Position numbers and translations under genes: made by a program. A stretch of 64,000 nucleotides of DNA, from contig NW_013657653.1 in assembly GCF_000142905.1 (NCBI RefSeq), forward strand, positions 367,008 through 431,007, in the 5' to 3' direction. This document shows positions 12,134-21,854 of this stretch, in pieces. This stretch comes from Thecamonas trahens ATCC 50062. Lineage: Eukaryota; Protista; Apusomonadida. The first letter of the stretch is position 1; each line of letters begins with the position of its first letter. The notes beneath the pieces were generated by a model. It saw only the letters and a list, made by a program, of their open reading frames with translations. It was not told the DNA's origin and did not search any database.

Positions 12134-13576
12134 TCATTGCATGGGCCGGAGGGTGCGGGCGGCGGGCGAGGTGGGCGAGCAATGGGTCGGGTGGTGAGCA
12201 CCGGATGGGGTGCCTGGCGTATGGCTTGGCGGCGGGATGGCCGAAGGAGAGGACGCCGGTGACATCGAGCTCTCCCAAAGCGAGAGGATAAAGCGGTGGA
12301 CTGCGTGAGAGGCATAAAAGGTGCGGATGGTGGCAAAGACGTCAAAGGCGTGGGCGGCGCCCGGGAGGACAATGAGCGGACACGGTTTTCCGGTGACCTG
12401 GGCGTAGCGAGCAGCAAAGAGTTCGGAGAACGGAAGCTCGACAAGGTTGTCGCTGTCGCCGTGAATGAGAAGGCCTGGCGGCGCTGCTGCGGTGATCTGG
12501 CAGTACGGCGAGGCGAGGTCCCACAGCTCGGGCGCGTCGGCCTTGGAGACCCGCATGAGGGTGTACTTGCAGAAGAGGTAGAAGCCCTTGTTGATGAGGC
12601 CAGAGGCGTTGGAGACATCAAGGACGCCGTAGTACGAGACAAAGCCCTGAACGCGCAGGTCATAGCCCTCAAAGCCAGGCTGCAGGTCCTTGCGGTGCGG
12701 AGTGAGGGCGAGCTCTGCGGCCAGGTGGCCGCCAGCCGAGCCGCCGATGACGACCACAAAGTCTGGGTCGCCACCGTGGCCCGCGATGTTGTCCTTGATC
12801 CAGCGGAGAGCGCGCTTGACGTCGATGAGCTGGGCTGGGAAGGCGAGGCCGTCGTGGAGAGTGGGCGCTGAGTGCATGGCGTAGTTGGCGTTGACGGCGA
12901 CAAAGCCGGCGAGCGCCAGGCTCGAGCACAGCGTCGCGCCGTGGATGTCCTTGGAGCCCGAGTGCCAGCCCCCGCCGTGGACATAGAGGACAACCGGGCG
13001 TGGGGCGTTTGCCGCGACGGCCGGATCGAGGACGGCCGCCGGATGCGGGGCGCTGGCCGCGGTGTAGACATCGAGCTTCTTGTACGGCTTGTATCGCGGC
13101 GGGGTGTTGCGGACTTCGTCGAGGGTTGCGTAGTGGATGTTGCGCACGACGTCGACACCCGAGGCGACAAGCGGGAACGGCAGAGCGGCATAGGTCAGGA
13201 GCTTGGCTGAGAGCAGCGACGGCGTCGGCAGTGCGGCGCGTACGCTCGGCGAGCTCGCCTCCGAGCACCGATCAACCGCCCGCTTGGCATACGACGAGAG
13301 AACAACACATCGCAGCAGCGCAGCAGCCACAAAACCGTGAGCTACCAGCCCTATTCGTCCAAGCCCGGTTGCCGTCAGCGGCGAGTAGAGCCAGAGCGCC
13401 CAGCCGATGAGCGCGTGGAGAGCAGCGAGGTGCGGGGCGAGCTCCGAGACAGCGAGGGCGACCCGAAAGGCGAGGAAGACCCATTTGCCATGGAGAGGGG
13501 GGTGGTAGGTGACTGCCAGTGCACCTGTCCACATGCAGAGGTAGCCCCAATGGAGCCATGGCCAGGCTGAGTCCAT
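12134..13576 (-). CDS. Alpha/beta hydrolase, HSL-family esterase/lipase with N-terminal TM helices
   Basis: VLYVHGGGW oxyanion motif, GGSAGGH nucleophile elbow, HGDSDNLV (Asp), GAAHAFD (His). Confidence 0.9.
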   Translation of the reverse strand: MDSAWPWLHWGYLCMWTGALAVTYHPPLHGKWVFLAFRVALAVSELAPHLAALHALIGWALWLYSPLTATGLGRIGLVAHGFVAAALLRCVVLSSYAKRAVDRCSEASSPSVRAALPTPSLLSAKLLTYAALPFPLVASGVDVVRNIHYATLDEVRNTPPRYKPYKKLDVYTAASAPHPAAVLDPAVAANAPRPVVLYVHGGGWHSGSKDIHGATLCSSLALAGFVAVNANYAMHSAPTLHDGLAFPAQLIDVKRALRWIKDNIAGHGGDPDFVVVIGGSAGGHLAAELALTPHRKDLQPGFEGYDLRVQGFVSYYGVLDVSNASGLINKGFYLFCKYTLMRVSKADAPELWDLASPYCQITAAAPPGLLIHGDSDNLVELPFSELFAARYAQVTGKPCPLIVLPGAAHAFDVFATIRTFYASHAVHRFILSLWESSMSPASSPSAIPPPSHTPGTPSGAHHPTHCSPTSPAARTLRPMQ

Positions 13577-14203
13577 GAGGGCGTGGGGTGTGGATTTTGG
13601 GGGGGGGGACGGGAGGGGGGGGGGGAGGGGGGTGGGGAGAGGGGTGATCGAGATCGGTCGTTATGGTGATGAGGATGTTGATGGGGGGATGTTGATGTTG
13701 ATGGGGTTACTGATGGGGATGGGGATGGGGGTGGTGATGGGGGTGATGAGGGATGGGGATGGGGGGATGTGGATGGGGACGGTGATGGGGTGATGGGGAT
13801 GGGGGGGATGGCGATGGCGATGGGCTGGGCATGGTGGTGGTGATGGGCATGGTGATGGTGATGGTGATGGGGGGGGGGGATGGCGATGGCGATGGGCAGG
13901 GCATGGTGGTGGTGATGGTGATGATGGTGACGATGATGGATTGCATGGTGATGGTGGTGGTTCTACGCATCCTCTGTCCACGCAGCATTGCCATTGCCGC
14001 CGCCTCCAATCGCCCACCCGATCCCGACCGATCCCGGCCGTCGCTCCCTCGCTCTCCTCTCGTCCCCCCCCCCCCCCCCCCCCCACCGCCCACGCGCACA
14101 CGCCCACCCTCACCACCCCACCCCCTCACCCACTCTTCCACCCCATCCCATCTTCTCACCCATCTACCCATCTCTGTGCGGTGTCACATTCTCCGGCATC
14201 ATC

Positions 14204-15121
14204 ATGGCAACCAACCCGTTCTACGCGTCAGCTGACCGCAGCCCGGACGAGGGACACGGCGGTGCCGAGCTGGACATCGATGCCTGTCCGGTGATGGGAA
14301 AGAAGCAGCGTGAAGAGCAGAGTGGTGGCAAGGGAGGAGCGACAACCACGGCAGAGGGTCAAGTCGGAAAGCCGCAGGTAGCTGCTGGTGGCGATGGGGG
14401 CTCGGGCAAGATCTGCCCGGTGACCGGCGCCGAGCTGGAGGCCGATGCCGAGGAGATCTCGCGGGCCGAGACGGTGACCGAAGGCCTCCGCAAGGCACCG
14501 TGGCCGCCGTCGCCCGACGATGAGGGCCCGTTCCTCACCGATACAGACGAGGCGCCTGCCGGGCTCTCCAACGTCGCTGTGGCGTCGACCATCCCGCGCG
14601 GCGACGGCGACGACGATCCGACGTGGACCTTCCCCTCGCCGGCACGGTTCTACAATGCCATGCGCCGCAAAGGCTGGGAGCCGTCCGAGGATGACATGGC
14701 TGCGGTTGTCTCCATCCACAACTCGATGAACGAGCTGACCTGGAGGCGGGTACTCGAGTACGAGCGCCTGCACGTGGCCGAGTGCTGCGAGCCCAAGCTC
14801 AAACGGTTCTTCCGGGTCTTTGGCTCGGACGACGACTGGTCGCCTAAAGCCCGTCTCAACGCCCTCATTGGCTACAAGAAGCCCTTTGACCGCCATGACT
14901 GGATCGTCGACCGCTGCGGAACCGAGGTCCGCTACATCATCGACTTTTACCCCGGCCGTCCGCTGCCCGGCACCAATCTCCCGGCCATCTACCTCGACGT
15001 CCGGCCTGCCCTTGACACCCCCTCGGCCCTCTTTGACCGTCTCCGCATGATGGCGTTCTCGTTCTTCCCCTCTCTTGCTCCAGACGCCACCCCGAGCTCA
15101 GGCCCAAGTCCCACGCCGTGA
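14204..15121 (+). CDS. HCCS: Holocytochrome c synthase (cytochrome c heme lyase)
   Basis: Two N-terminal CPV heme-regulatory motifs; STIPR, WTFPSP..FYNAMRRKGW, IHNSMNE, PFDRHDWIVDRCG.EVRYIIDFY, LDVRPALD. Confidence 0.95.
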   Translation: MATNPFYASADRSPDEGHGGAELDIDACPVMGKKQREEQSGGKGGATTTAEGQVGKPQVAAGGDGGSGKICPVTGAELEADAEEISRAETVTEGLRKAPWPPSPDDEGPFLTDTDEAPAGLSNVAVASTIPRGDGDDDPTWTFPSPARFYNAMRRKGWEPSEDDMAAVVSIHNSMNELTWRRVLEYERLHVAECCEPKLKRFFRVFGSDDDWSPKARLNALIGYKKPFDRHDWIVDRCGTEVRYIIDFYPGRPLPGTNLPAIYLDVRPALDTPSALFDRLRMMAFSFFPSLAPDATPSSGPSPTP

Positions 15122-15302
15122 TCCCCCCTCCCCCTCCCTCCTCCTCCTCCCGCCACCCGCCACCCCACCGCCCCACCATCCCGCTACCCCCGCCACTGCA
15201 TAACACCGATCTGATCCCCTAATACCCTCTCTTGATCCCATCTCCCCCCCCTCCACCCCCCCCTCCCCTCCCACCACCAACGCGCCACACCCGTCTCGAG
15301 CA

Positions 15303-17348
15303 ATGGCTGCTGGCACACTCGAGCGGGCTGTACAACGGCTTGCGGCCAACTACGAAGAAGTGCTGGCCGCCAGCGAGTTGCACTACATCTCGGCGGCTCC
15401 GCTCGAGTCGGACATGCTGGTGTGGCACGGCAACGTGGTGGCGGCGGACGGACCGTACGCCGGCATTGTTCTCCATCTCGTTCTCTCCTTCTCCACCGAC
15501 TTTCCTGCATCGCCGCCGCGCATCAACCTCGCCACCTACGTCCTCCATCCCAATGTTGTCGATGACTACGTCTGTGCCGACTTTCTCCGCCTCTCGGACA
15601 AAGCCTACTCTGGCTGGTCCTCCGGCTACTCGGTCTTCACCATCCTCATGCAGCTGCAGTCGTTCCTCACCGATGGCGTCCGCATTGCTGTCGCTGACAA
15701 GTCTTCCGACGATGTCGGTCCGTCGGGCGGCACCGTCTCCTTTGCCGTCTCCAAGAGCCAGCTGCGCCGGATGCGGGAGGAAGCCGCTGCACATACTTGC
15801 CTCTCGTGCGGCCACGCGCCCGGCGCGCCGCATCCACCCATCCCCGCCCTGGGCGGCAACTTGGCCGCAAGTGCAGGGTCGGACCTTGCGCAGCGGCTGC
15901 TCTCGTCGGATTTGCATCGGCTCCGGCTCAACTCGCGGTGTTTCTTCTCCAAGGCCACCTACCGCGACGCGGTGCTCGGCTACGGAGTCTCAGTCGAGTA
16001 CTACTCCAAGGCTTCGCGCCGGCGCGGCCGGAGGCGCTCGCCCATCAAGCGCATCCACACCGAGCTCGACATTTTGTCGTGGGCCGCGTTCTCGGCCGAT
16101 GGCGTCCGCACGACGCCGGTGACCAAGCGGGCGTTTTCCCACTTTATGCCGATGTATATCAACAGCGACCACGGCGGACGGGCGTACGACATTGTGCGGA
16201 CGTCGATGGCGCGGATGTGCAAACCACGGCCCGAACACATACCGGCGTTCCAGCCGCCGATGGCGCTCGACGTCTTGCCGGCGCTGATGGACACCACCGT
16301 GGTCAGCGTCATGTCGAGTGACGAGGTCATGTCGTGGCGCCGGCTCGAGGGCTACTGTATCTTTCACCGGTGGATGATCTACTTTGCGGCCGAGTACCCC
16401 GAGCTGAGCGAGGCGGCGTCGAAGCTCATTGCCGCCTTTAAGCTCAAGCCAGAGTCGCGGACCAAGGCAGTTGTTCCGTCGCTCGGCTACTTCATTCCGC
16501 TCCTCACCATCACCGACCACGCCTTTGACGACATCCGCGAAGAGTATGTCGGCGAGTCACTGGTTCGCAACGTCTTCTGGGCCGTCTCCAAGTACCCGCA
16601 GCTGGCGTACGCTGATGATCACGACGCCCGCGGCGAGCCCTTTGACCGCCTCGCCCTCACCTTTGACGCCAACGCCGTCTCGCTCCGTCACCTCTGCTTC
16701 CACGTCTACTTTTCCAAGACCTTTGCGTCGTCGGTCGACCGCGCCGCTACCGCCCGCGACTACGATGCCCTCCTCGGCCGCCCGCCCGAGGGCGCCCGCG
16801 AAGCGTTGCGCCTCGAGTGCGAGCGCATTCGCGCCATTCCCGACTTTGAGTCGCTCTTTGCCCACATCGGCTTTCCGCTCTCCCGAAACGAGATCCACGA
16901 CTGGCTCCTCCTCGCCCTTCACGAGTCGCTTGATCGCGACTACCATCGTGCGCCACGCCCACGTCCCTCGGCCAACAGCCTCTCCCCTAGGTCGCCCGCG
17001 TCCGCACAAGCCTCGCGCGCTGACGGCTCCAGCGACTGGCGCCGCCGCGATCGTCCGTCCCAGCCCAAGTCTGGGCGCAAGCGGCGGCGTCGACCGCGGT
17101 CTCTCGCCCGCGGCTCTGCTCCAGCCACCACCACTGCTACTGCTACTGCTACTGCTACCGCCACCTCCACTCTCGCTCCTCACGATTTTGCGTCTCTCCC
17201 TGCTCCGCTCGGCTCTCGATCGGCATCCAGCCCAGGATCCGAGTCGGACACCGGCACCAGCAGCGGCTTTGCTACCGCGCCCTACGAGTTTGATGCCTCT
17301 GTCAACGGCAGCAGCTCGACCGATGGCGACTTTTACTCTTGCGAGTAA
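15303..17348 (+). CDS. Ubiquitin-conjugating enzyme (E2) domain protein with large uncharacterised C-terminal region
   Basis: WHGNV..DGPYAG...FSTDFPASPP, HPNV...VCADFL (catalytic Cys), GWSSGYSVFTILMQLQSFL. Confidence 0.85.
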   Translation: MAAGTLERAVQRLAANYEEVLAASELHYISAAPLESDMLVWHGNVVAADGPYAGIVLHLVLSFSTDFPASPPRINLATYVLHPNVVDDYVCADFLRLSDKAYSGWSSGYSVFTILMQLQSFLTDGVRIAVADKSSDDVGPSGGTVSFAVSKSQLRRMREEAAAHTCLSCGHAPGAPHPPIPALGGNLAASAGSDLAQRLLSSDLHRLRLNSRCFFSKATYRDAVLGYGVSVEYYSKASRRRGRRRSPIKRIHTELDILSWAAFSADGVRTTPVTKRAFSHFMPMYINSDHGGRAYDIVRTSMARMCKPRPEHIPAFQPPMALDVLPALMDTTVVSVMSSDEVMSWRRLEGYCIFHRWMIYFAAEYPELSEAASKLIAAFKLKPESRTKAVVPSLGYFIPLLTITDHAFDDIREEYVGESLVRNVFWAVSKYPQLAYADDHDARGEPFDRLALTFDANAVSLRHLCFHVYFSKTFASSVDRAATARDYDALLGRPPEGAREALRLECERIRAIPDFESLFAHIGFPLSRNEIHDWLLLALHESLDRDYHRAPRPRPSANSLSPRSPASAQASRADGSSDWRRRDRPSQPKSGRKRRRRPRSLARGSAPATTTATATATATATSTLAPHDFASLPAPLGSRSASSPGSESDTGTSSGFATAPYEFDASVNGSSSTDGDFYSCE

Positions 17349-17403
17349 GTCTCCTGTTGCGCAGCATGTCAAATGCCCCCCCCCCCAAAATGTCATGTTT
17401 TCC

Positions 17404-17833
17404 NNNNNNNNNNNNNNNNNNNNNNNNNNNNNNNNNNNNNNNNNNNNNNNNNNNNNNNNNNNNNNNNNNNNNNNNNNNNNNNNNNNNNNNNNNNNNNNNN
17501 NNNNNNNNNNNNNNNNNNNNNNNNNNNNNNNNNNNNNNNNNNNNNNNNNNNNNNNNNNNNNNNNNNNNNNNNNNNNNNNNNNNNNNNNNNNNNNNNNNNN
17601 NNNNNNNNNNNNNNNNNNNNNNNNNNNNNNNNNNNNNNNNNNNNNNNNNNNNNNNNNNNNNNNNNNNNNNNNNNNNNNNNNNNNNNNNNNNNNNNNNNNN
17701 NNNNNNNNNNNNNNNNNNNNNNNNNNNNNNNNNNNNNNNNNNNNNNNNNNNNNNNNNNNNNNNNNNNNNNNNNNNNNNNNNNNNNNNNNNNNNNNNNNNN
17801 NNNNNNNNNNNNNNNNNNNNNNNNNNNNNNNNN
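17404..17833. other. Assembly gap (430 N)
   Basis: Run of N. Confidence 1.
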
Positions 17834-18020
17834 CCTCGCCCCCACGCCGACCGACCCCTCCCCCCTCCCCCCCTCCCCCCCGGCTCCACTACCACACCCA
17901 ACTCCCCACCTCGTCAACCCCCCTTACACCGTCTCCTCATAGAACAAGGAGGCGACGTCGACCATCACACCTTCGGTGCACCCCATTGCTCCGCCCAGCA
18001 TTTCGCCCACGCTCACAGAA

Positions 18021-19220
18021 ATGGCGGAGGTGGCGGCCGACCCGGGAACGACAGCTGCAGCCGGGGCTGGAGGCGAGGCCGGAGCCGGAGGAGCTGCAGG
18101 TCATGGAGGTGTGGGAGGACATGGCGAAGCTGAGGCGCTGACAGGATCAGGGGGGCTGTTCCGGAGAGGAACGAGCCGGGAACGGACAGTGACGGCGACG
18201 CAGCCGTTGCGGTTTCTCATCACCGCAGTGGGCCTCTCGCCGTCGCCGACCGTCTTCAACAGGGCGTACCAGGGACTGGTGCTGGCAGCGCTGCTGGCAG
18301 CGCCCATTCTGCTCTTTGTCATTGGCCTCAACAAGTACGAGTCGCGGCTGACCGAGTCGACCCTGGTCGGCGCCGCCATCCTTGCCCTCATCCCGGTCAT
18401 CTCGCACCTGATGGTCATGCCGTATCTGGCACGCAACTACATTGCCGACGAGGTCCACGTCTGCCTCGCGGCCGACCCGAGCGCTCGGAAGAAGATCATG
18501 GCGCTCGGGACGGCGCACGCGTGGGGCGGGCTGGTCATCGGCACCACGTTTGCGGTTCTCTGGCAGGTCAACCTCTTCCGGGCGTTGAAGGACGGGCGCG
18601 ACTGGGCGCGTGACTCGTCGGGTCTCAAGACGCTTTTCGTGCTACAGGCAGTGGCGGTCTCTGTCTCAGTGGCCTCGTTCACCATGGCGCTTGTGCTGTA
18701 TTCGCTGGTCTGCAACATCATCCGCATGCAGGCCGGCACGTTTTCCACAGGCATCAAGTCCGGCAAGTACGCCAACGAGGCCATTGTCTACGGCCACCAC
18801 CACATCAAGACCTCGGTGGCGGTGACGAACCAGATGTTCTCGCGGTGGATTTTCCCGGCCATTGTCGTCACCCTTTTCTCCATCTCGTTCCAGACCGTCG
18901 GCTACTTTCACCAGGACAAGCACAGCAGCCAGTACAACGGTGCGTACTATATCATCGTCCCGGCCTTCCTGCTGGTCTTCCTCATTGTTGTCGCGTCTAC
19001 CGTGACCGGCAAGATCGACCGGCTCAAGTACAACGTCGGCGCGCTCCTCTCGTCTGACTATACCCGGGCCGGAACGCTTAGCCATGTTCTCGCCTACCTT
19101 CAGAACGTCGACGACTCGTTCAAGATCTTTGGCGTTGCCATCACCTCGAGCCTTTCCCACCTCATCGTCTTTGCCGCCATCGCCTCGGTCGGCGCCTTTG
19201 TGTGGGAGGGCATCCACTAG
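18021..19220 (+). CDS. Gustatory-receptor-like (GRL / 7TM ion-channel superfamily) membrane protein
   Basis: About 7 hydrophobic segments, long loops near the C-terminus, and C-terminal LAYLQNVDDSFKIFGVAITSSL followed by a terminal TM, the signature of the GR/GRL/DUF3537 C-terminal region. Confidence 0.7.
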   Translation: MAEVAADPGTTAAAGAGGEAGAGGAAGHGGVGGHGEAEALTGSGGLFRRGTSRERTVTATQPLRFLITAVGLSPSPTVFNRAYQGLVLAALLAAPILLFVIGLNKYESRLTESTLVGAAILALIPVISHLMVMPYLARNYIADEVHVCLAADPSARKKIMALGTAHAWGGLVIGTTFAVLWQVNLFRALKDGRDWARDSSGLKTLFVLQAVAVSVSVASFTMALVLYSLVCNIIRMQAGTFSTGIKSGKYANEAIVYGHHHIKTSVAVTNQMFSRWIFPAIVVTLFSISFQTVGYFHQDKHSSQYNGAYYIIVPAFLLVFLIVVASTVTGKIDRLKYNVGALLSSDYTRAGTLSHVLAYLQNVDDSFKIFGVAITSSLSHLIVFAAIASVGAFVWEGIH

Positions 19221-19337
19221 CAGCCCGCTCACCTGCTCGCCTTAAACCATGCCCCTTGCACAGCACGACTGTGGGGGCAGCCGTGCTTGGCCGAGCTGAC
19301 AACGAACGCCGGCAGCTGGCACACTCGTCACCAGACG

Positions 19338-21678
19338 ATGGCGGCAACCGCGGCGACGGCAGCAGGCGATGAGCACCGTAGTGAAACATCACTTTCTTCC
19401 ATGTCTGGCGAGGAGATCATGGCTCTGCGCAAGTGGATTGCCTTTGTAGGCGTGGTCAACTTTGACTTGGAACTTGGTCAGTGTACGTGGGCCTTTGGCC
19501 GTGGGTGTTGCCCATTGGGCGCGGAGAGGGTGACATGGGGAGAGAGAGAGAGAGAGTGGGCGGGCGAGGAGAGTGCAGCAGCTAGGCGGGGGAGGAAGGG
19601 GCGAGGAAATCAGATGCAGGCAACGGGAGAAGGTAGTAGGGAGCGGGGCGGTTACTCATGGAGTGTGGCGCTGCATGGGAACACTTGGGTGGGGCGGTGT
19701 GGACGGTAGCGCTCGAGTTCACCCTGCCAGCAGTGGAACTGTCAGAGAACGATTCGCACAATCTTTGTTTTCTCTCGTTTCCCGACTCGAATGCGCGGAT
19801 GGGCGCGACGGTGTACACGTTCCGGGCGCGACGGACGAGTAGAGATGCCAAGGGCTTTGATGTGGATGCAGCAAGCGGCGGATGCGATACAGAGAAGGAG
19901 GCGAGAGCGAGGATGAGGCGGAAGAGGGTACGGCATCGCAGTGCCGAAATGCTGCCGCTGGTGGACGAGAGCTACTGGTATGGCTTTGTTTACTTTCGGC
20001 AGGAGAAAGACGCGAGCATCAAGCGCGGATACTTGCAAAAGTCTGTGGTGATTGTGACGTCGGCGCCGCTGGTGGCGCTGTACACGAGGATGGTGCGGAT
20101 CATGGGCAAGTTGTACTTTGAGCACGGGGCGCCGGTGCTAGAGACGGCGTGCCACTCGATTGCGTCATGGCCGCCGCCGAGCGCTGGGGCCACACTTGAG
20201 CTTCCGTTTATGGGCGAGGTGCTGCTTGCGCATGTGGCGCGCGACCTTCGGCCGCCGAGCGCGGAGGCACTACTTGCGGCGCTACCCGAGGCGAGCGCGG
20301 CGCGGCTTGTTGGCGCACGGCGCGGGATGGGCGCGGCGCCCGAGGTGCTTGTCGGCTCTGTTGCCGACCTCTCGCTCTATCATGTCTTCTTTCCGCTCCT
20401 CTCGTCACTGTGGCTTCTGTGGGAGCTTGTACTGCTAGGCGAGCCGCTGCTCGTGGAGGCGGACTCGCCGGACGTGTGCTCAAAGGCTGTGCTCAGCCTG
20501 GTCTCGCTCATTGCGCCGCTCGAGTACGCCGGCGACTTTCGGCCGTTTTTCACCATCCATGACTCGGACTTTGGTATGTTTACGGCCGAGCCCGAGGAGG
20601 CAGGCAGGCTGCCTGCGGTCATCCTCGGCGTGACAAATCCGTTCTTCCGCAAGACGCTCTCGTCATGGCCACATGTTGTGAGCGTTGAGTGCACAGTGAC
20701 GACTGGAAAGGGGGCACGGGCGCGGGCCAAGGCCAAGGCCAAGGCGCGGGCCAAGGCGCGGGCTAAGGCGCGGGCCAAGGGCGGCGGGCCCGACTACCTC
20801 ACGACCGGGGCCGAGGCCTCGGGCTCGGGCTCGGGCTCGCTCTCGCCGCTACCGTCACCGCGGTCGGACGGCGGGAAGCGAAGCTCGGGAGTGGTGACGG
20901 GCTACAAGAGCATCGTGCCTGCAGACAAGGCGCTGATCAAGAGGATAGTGACCGACAAGACGCCGACGGGCGAGTCTGCAGCAGAGCACACGGCAGCGCT
21001 GCGGACACACTTTGCGGACTTGACCAACGCGTTCCTCATTCCGCTGGAGCGGTACTTTGCGTCGCTTCTCCCTCTGGCGCGGACCATCACGGCATTTGAC
21101 GCCCCACCCAAGTGTCGGCCGTTCTCGGTCAAGGACTTCTTCGACTCGCTCAACTCGACGTCGAGCTCCTCGTCGGGAGGCTTCACGCCGACCGGCTCGT
21201 CGTCGGGCACCGGGGCGTTTGAAGAAGCACTTGGCCCACCGCCGGTCATTGCAACGTCGAAGAAGATCCAGTGGACCGAGCTTTACGCGGCGTTTTTGCT
21301 TCGCCCAACTTTGGCGGATGGTATCGGTCGCGGCGGCGCGAGGCACGGGCACGGATCCGCGATCTCTACCTGGCTGCGCTGTACGATGCAGACATTCCGG
21401 CGTGGATCCATGCCAAGGACGAGGTGGTGGTGGTGGACCTCCTGCTCCGGCTCCGGCGTCAGCTGGCCAAGCACCCGAACGACCCGCCGCGGATCCGGCA
21501 GCGGATTGCGGAACACATCCAAGTCATTGTCTCGTTCCTTCCCGCTGATCTCCAGACCTCACTCTCGGTCAATGCCTCCCTCGAGCCTGCGGCTGGCGAG
21601 GCTGAGCGAGGGTCGACCGACGACGACGACCACGACGGCGTCGATGACGACGACGGCGATGACGACGGTGTGTGCTAG
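19338..21678 (+). CDS. DENND6: DENN domain protein 6 (FAM116-like Rab GEF)
   Basis: VVNFDLELGQ|SLEF..LCFLSFPDSN across intron 19483-19709 (GTACGT..TAG); YGFVYFRQEKDASIKRGYLQKS; LWELVLLGEPL; DFRPFFTIHDSDF; ILGVTNPFF. +1 T at 21293-21297 restores WTELYAAFFASPNFGGWY. Confidence 0.92.
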
Positions 21679-21854
21679 AGCTGAGGTATGGCAATGTTGA
21701 AAATCTACTGGCCGTCAGCATACTGCGAGGTACAGATAAAAAGGGATAGGTGGTCCTCGACCGCCGGACAGCCCGTGCTTCGAGGCTCGCCGGCGCGATG
21801 GCGGGTGGACCAGGGCAGGGACAGGAGTTGCCACTTGACTGACCGACTGCGAGA

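Noticed and set aside
16429-18141. ORFs spanning the N gaps
   Set aside because: Artefacts of translating through N.
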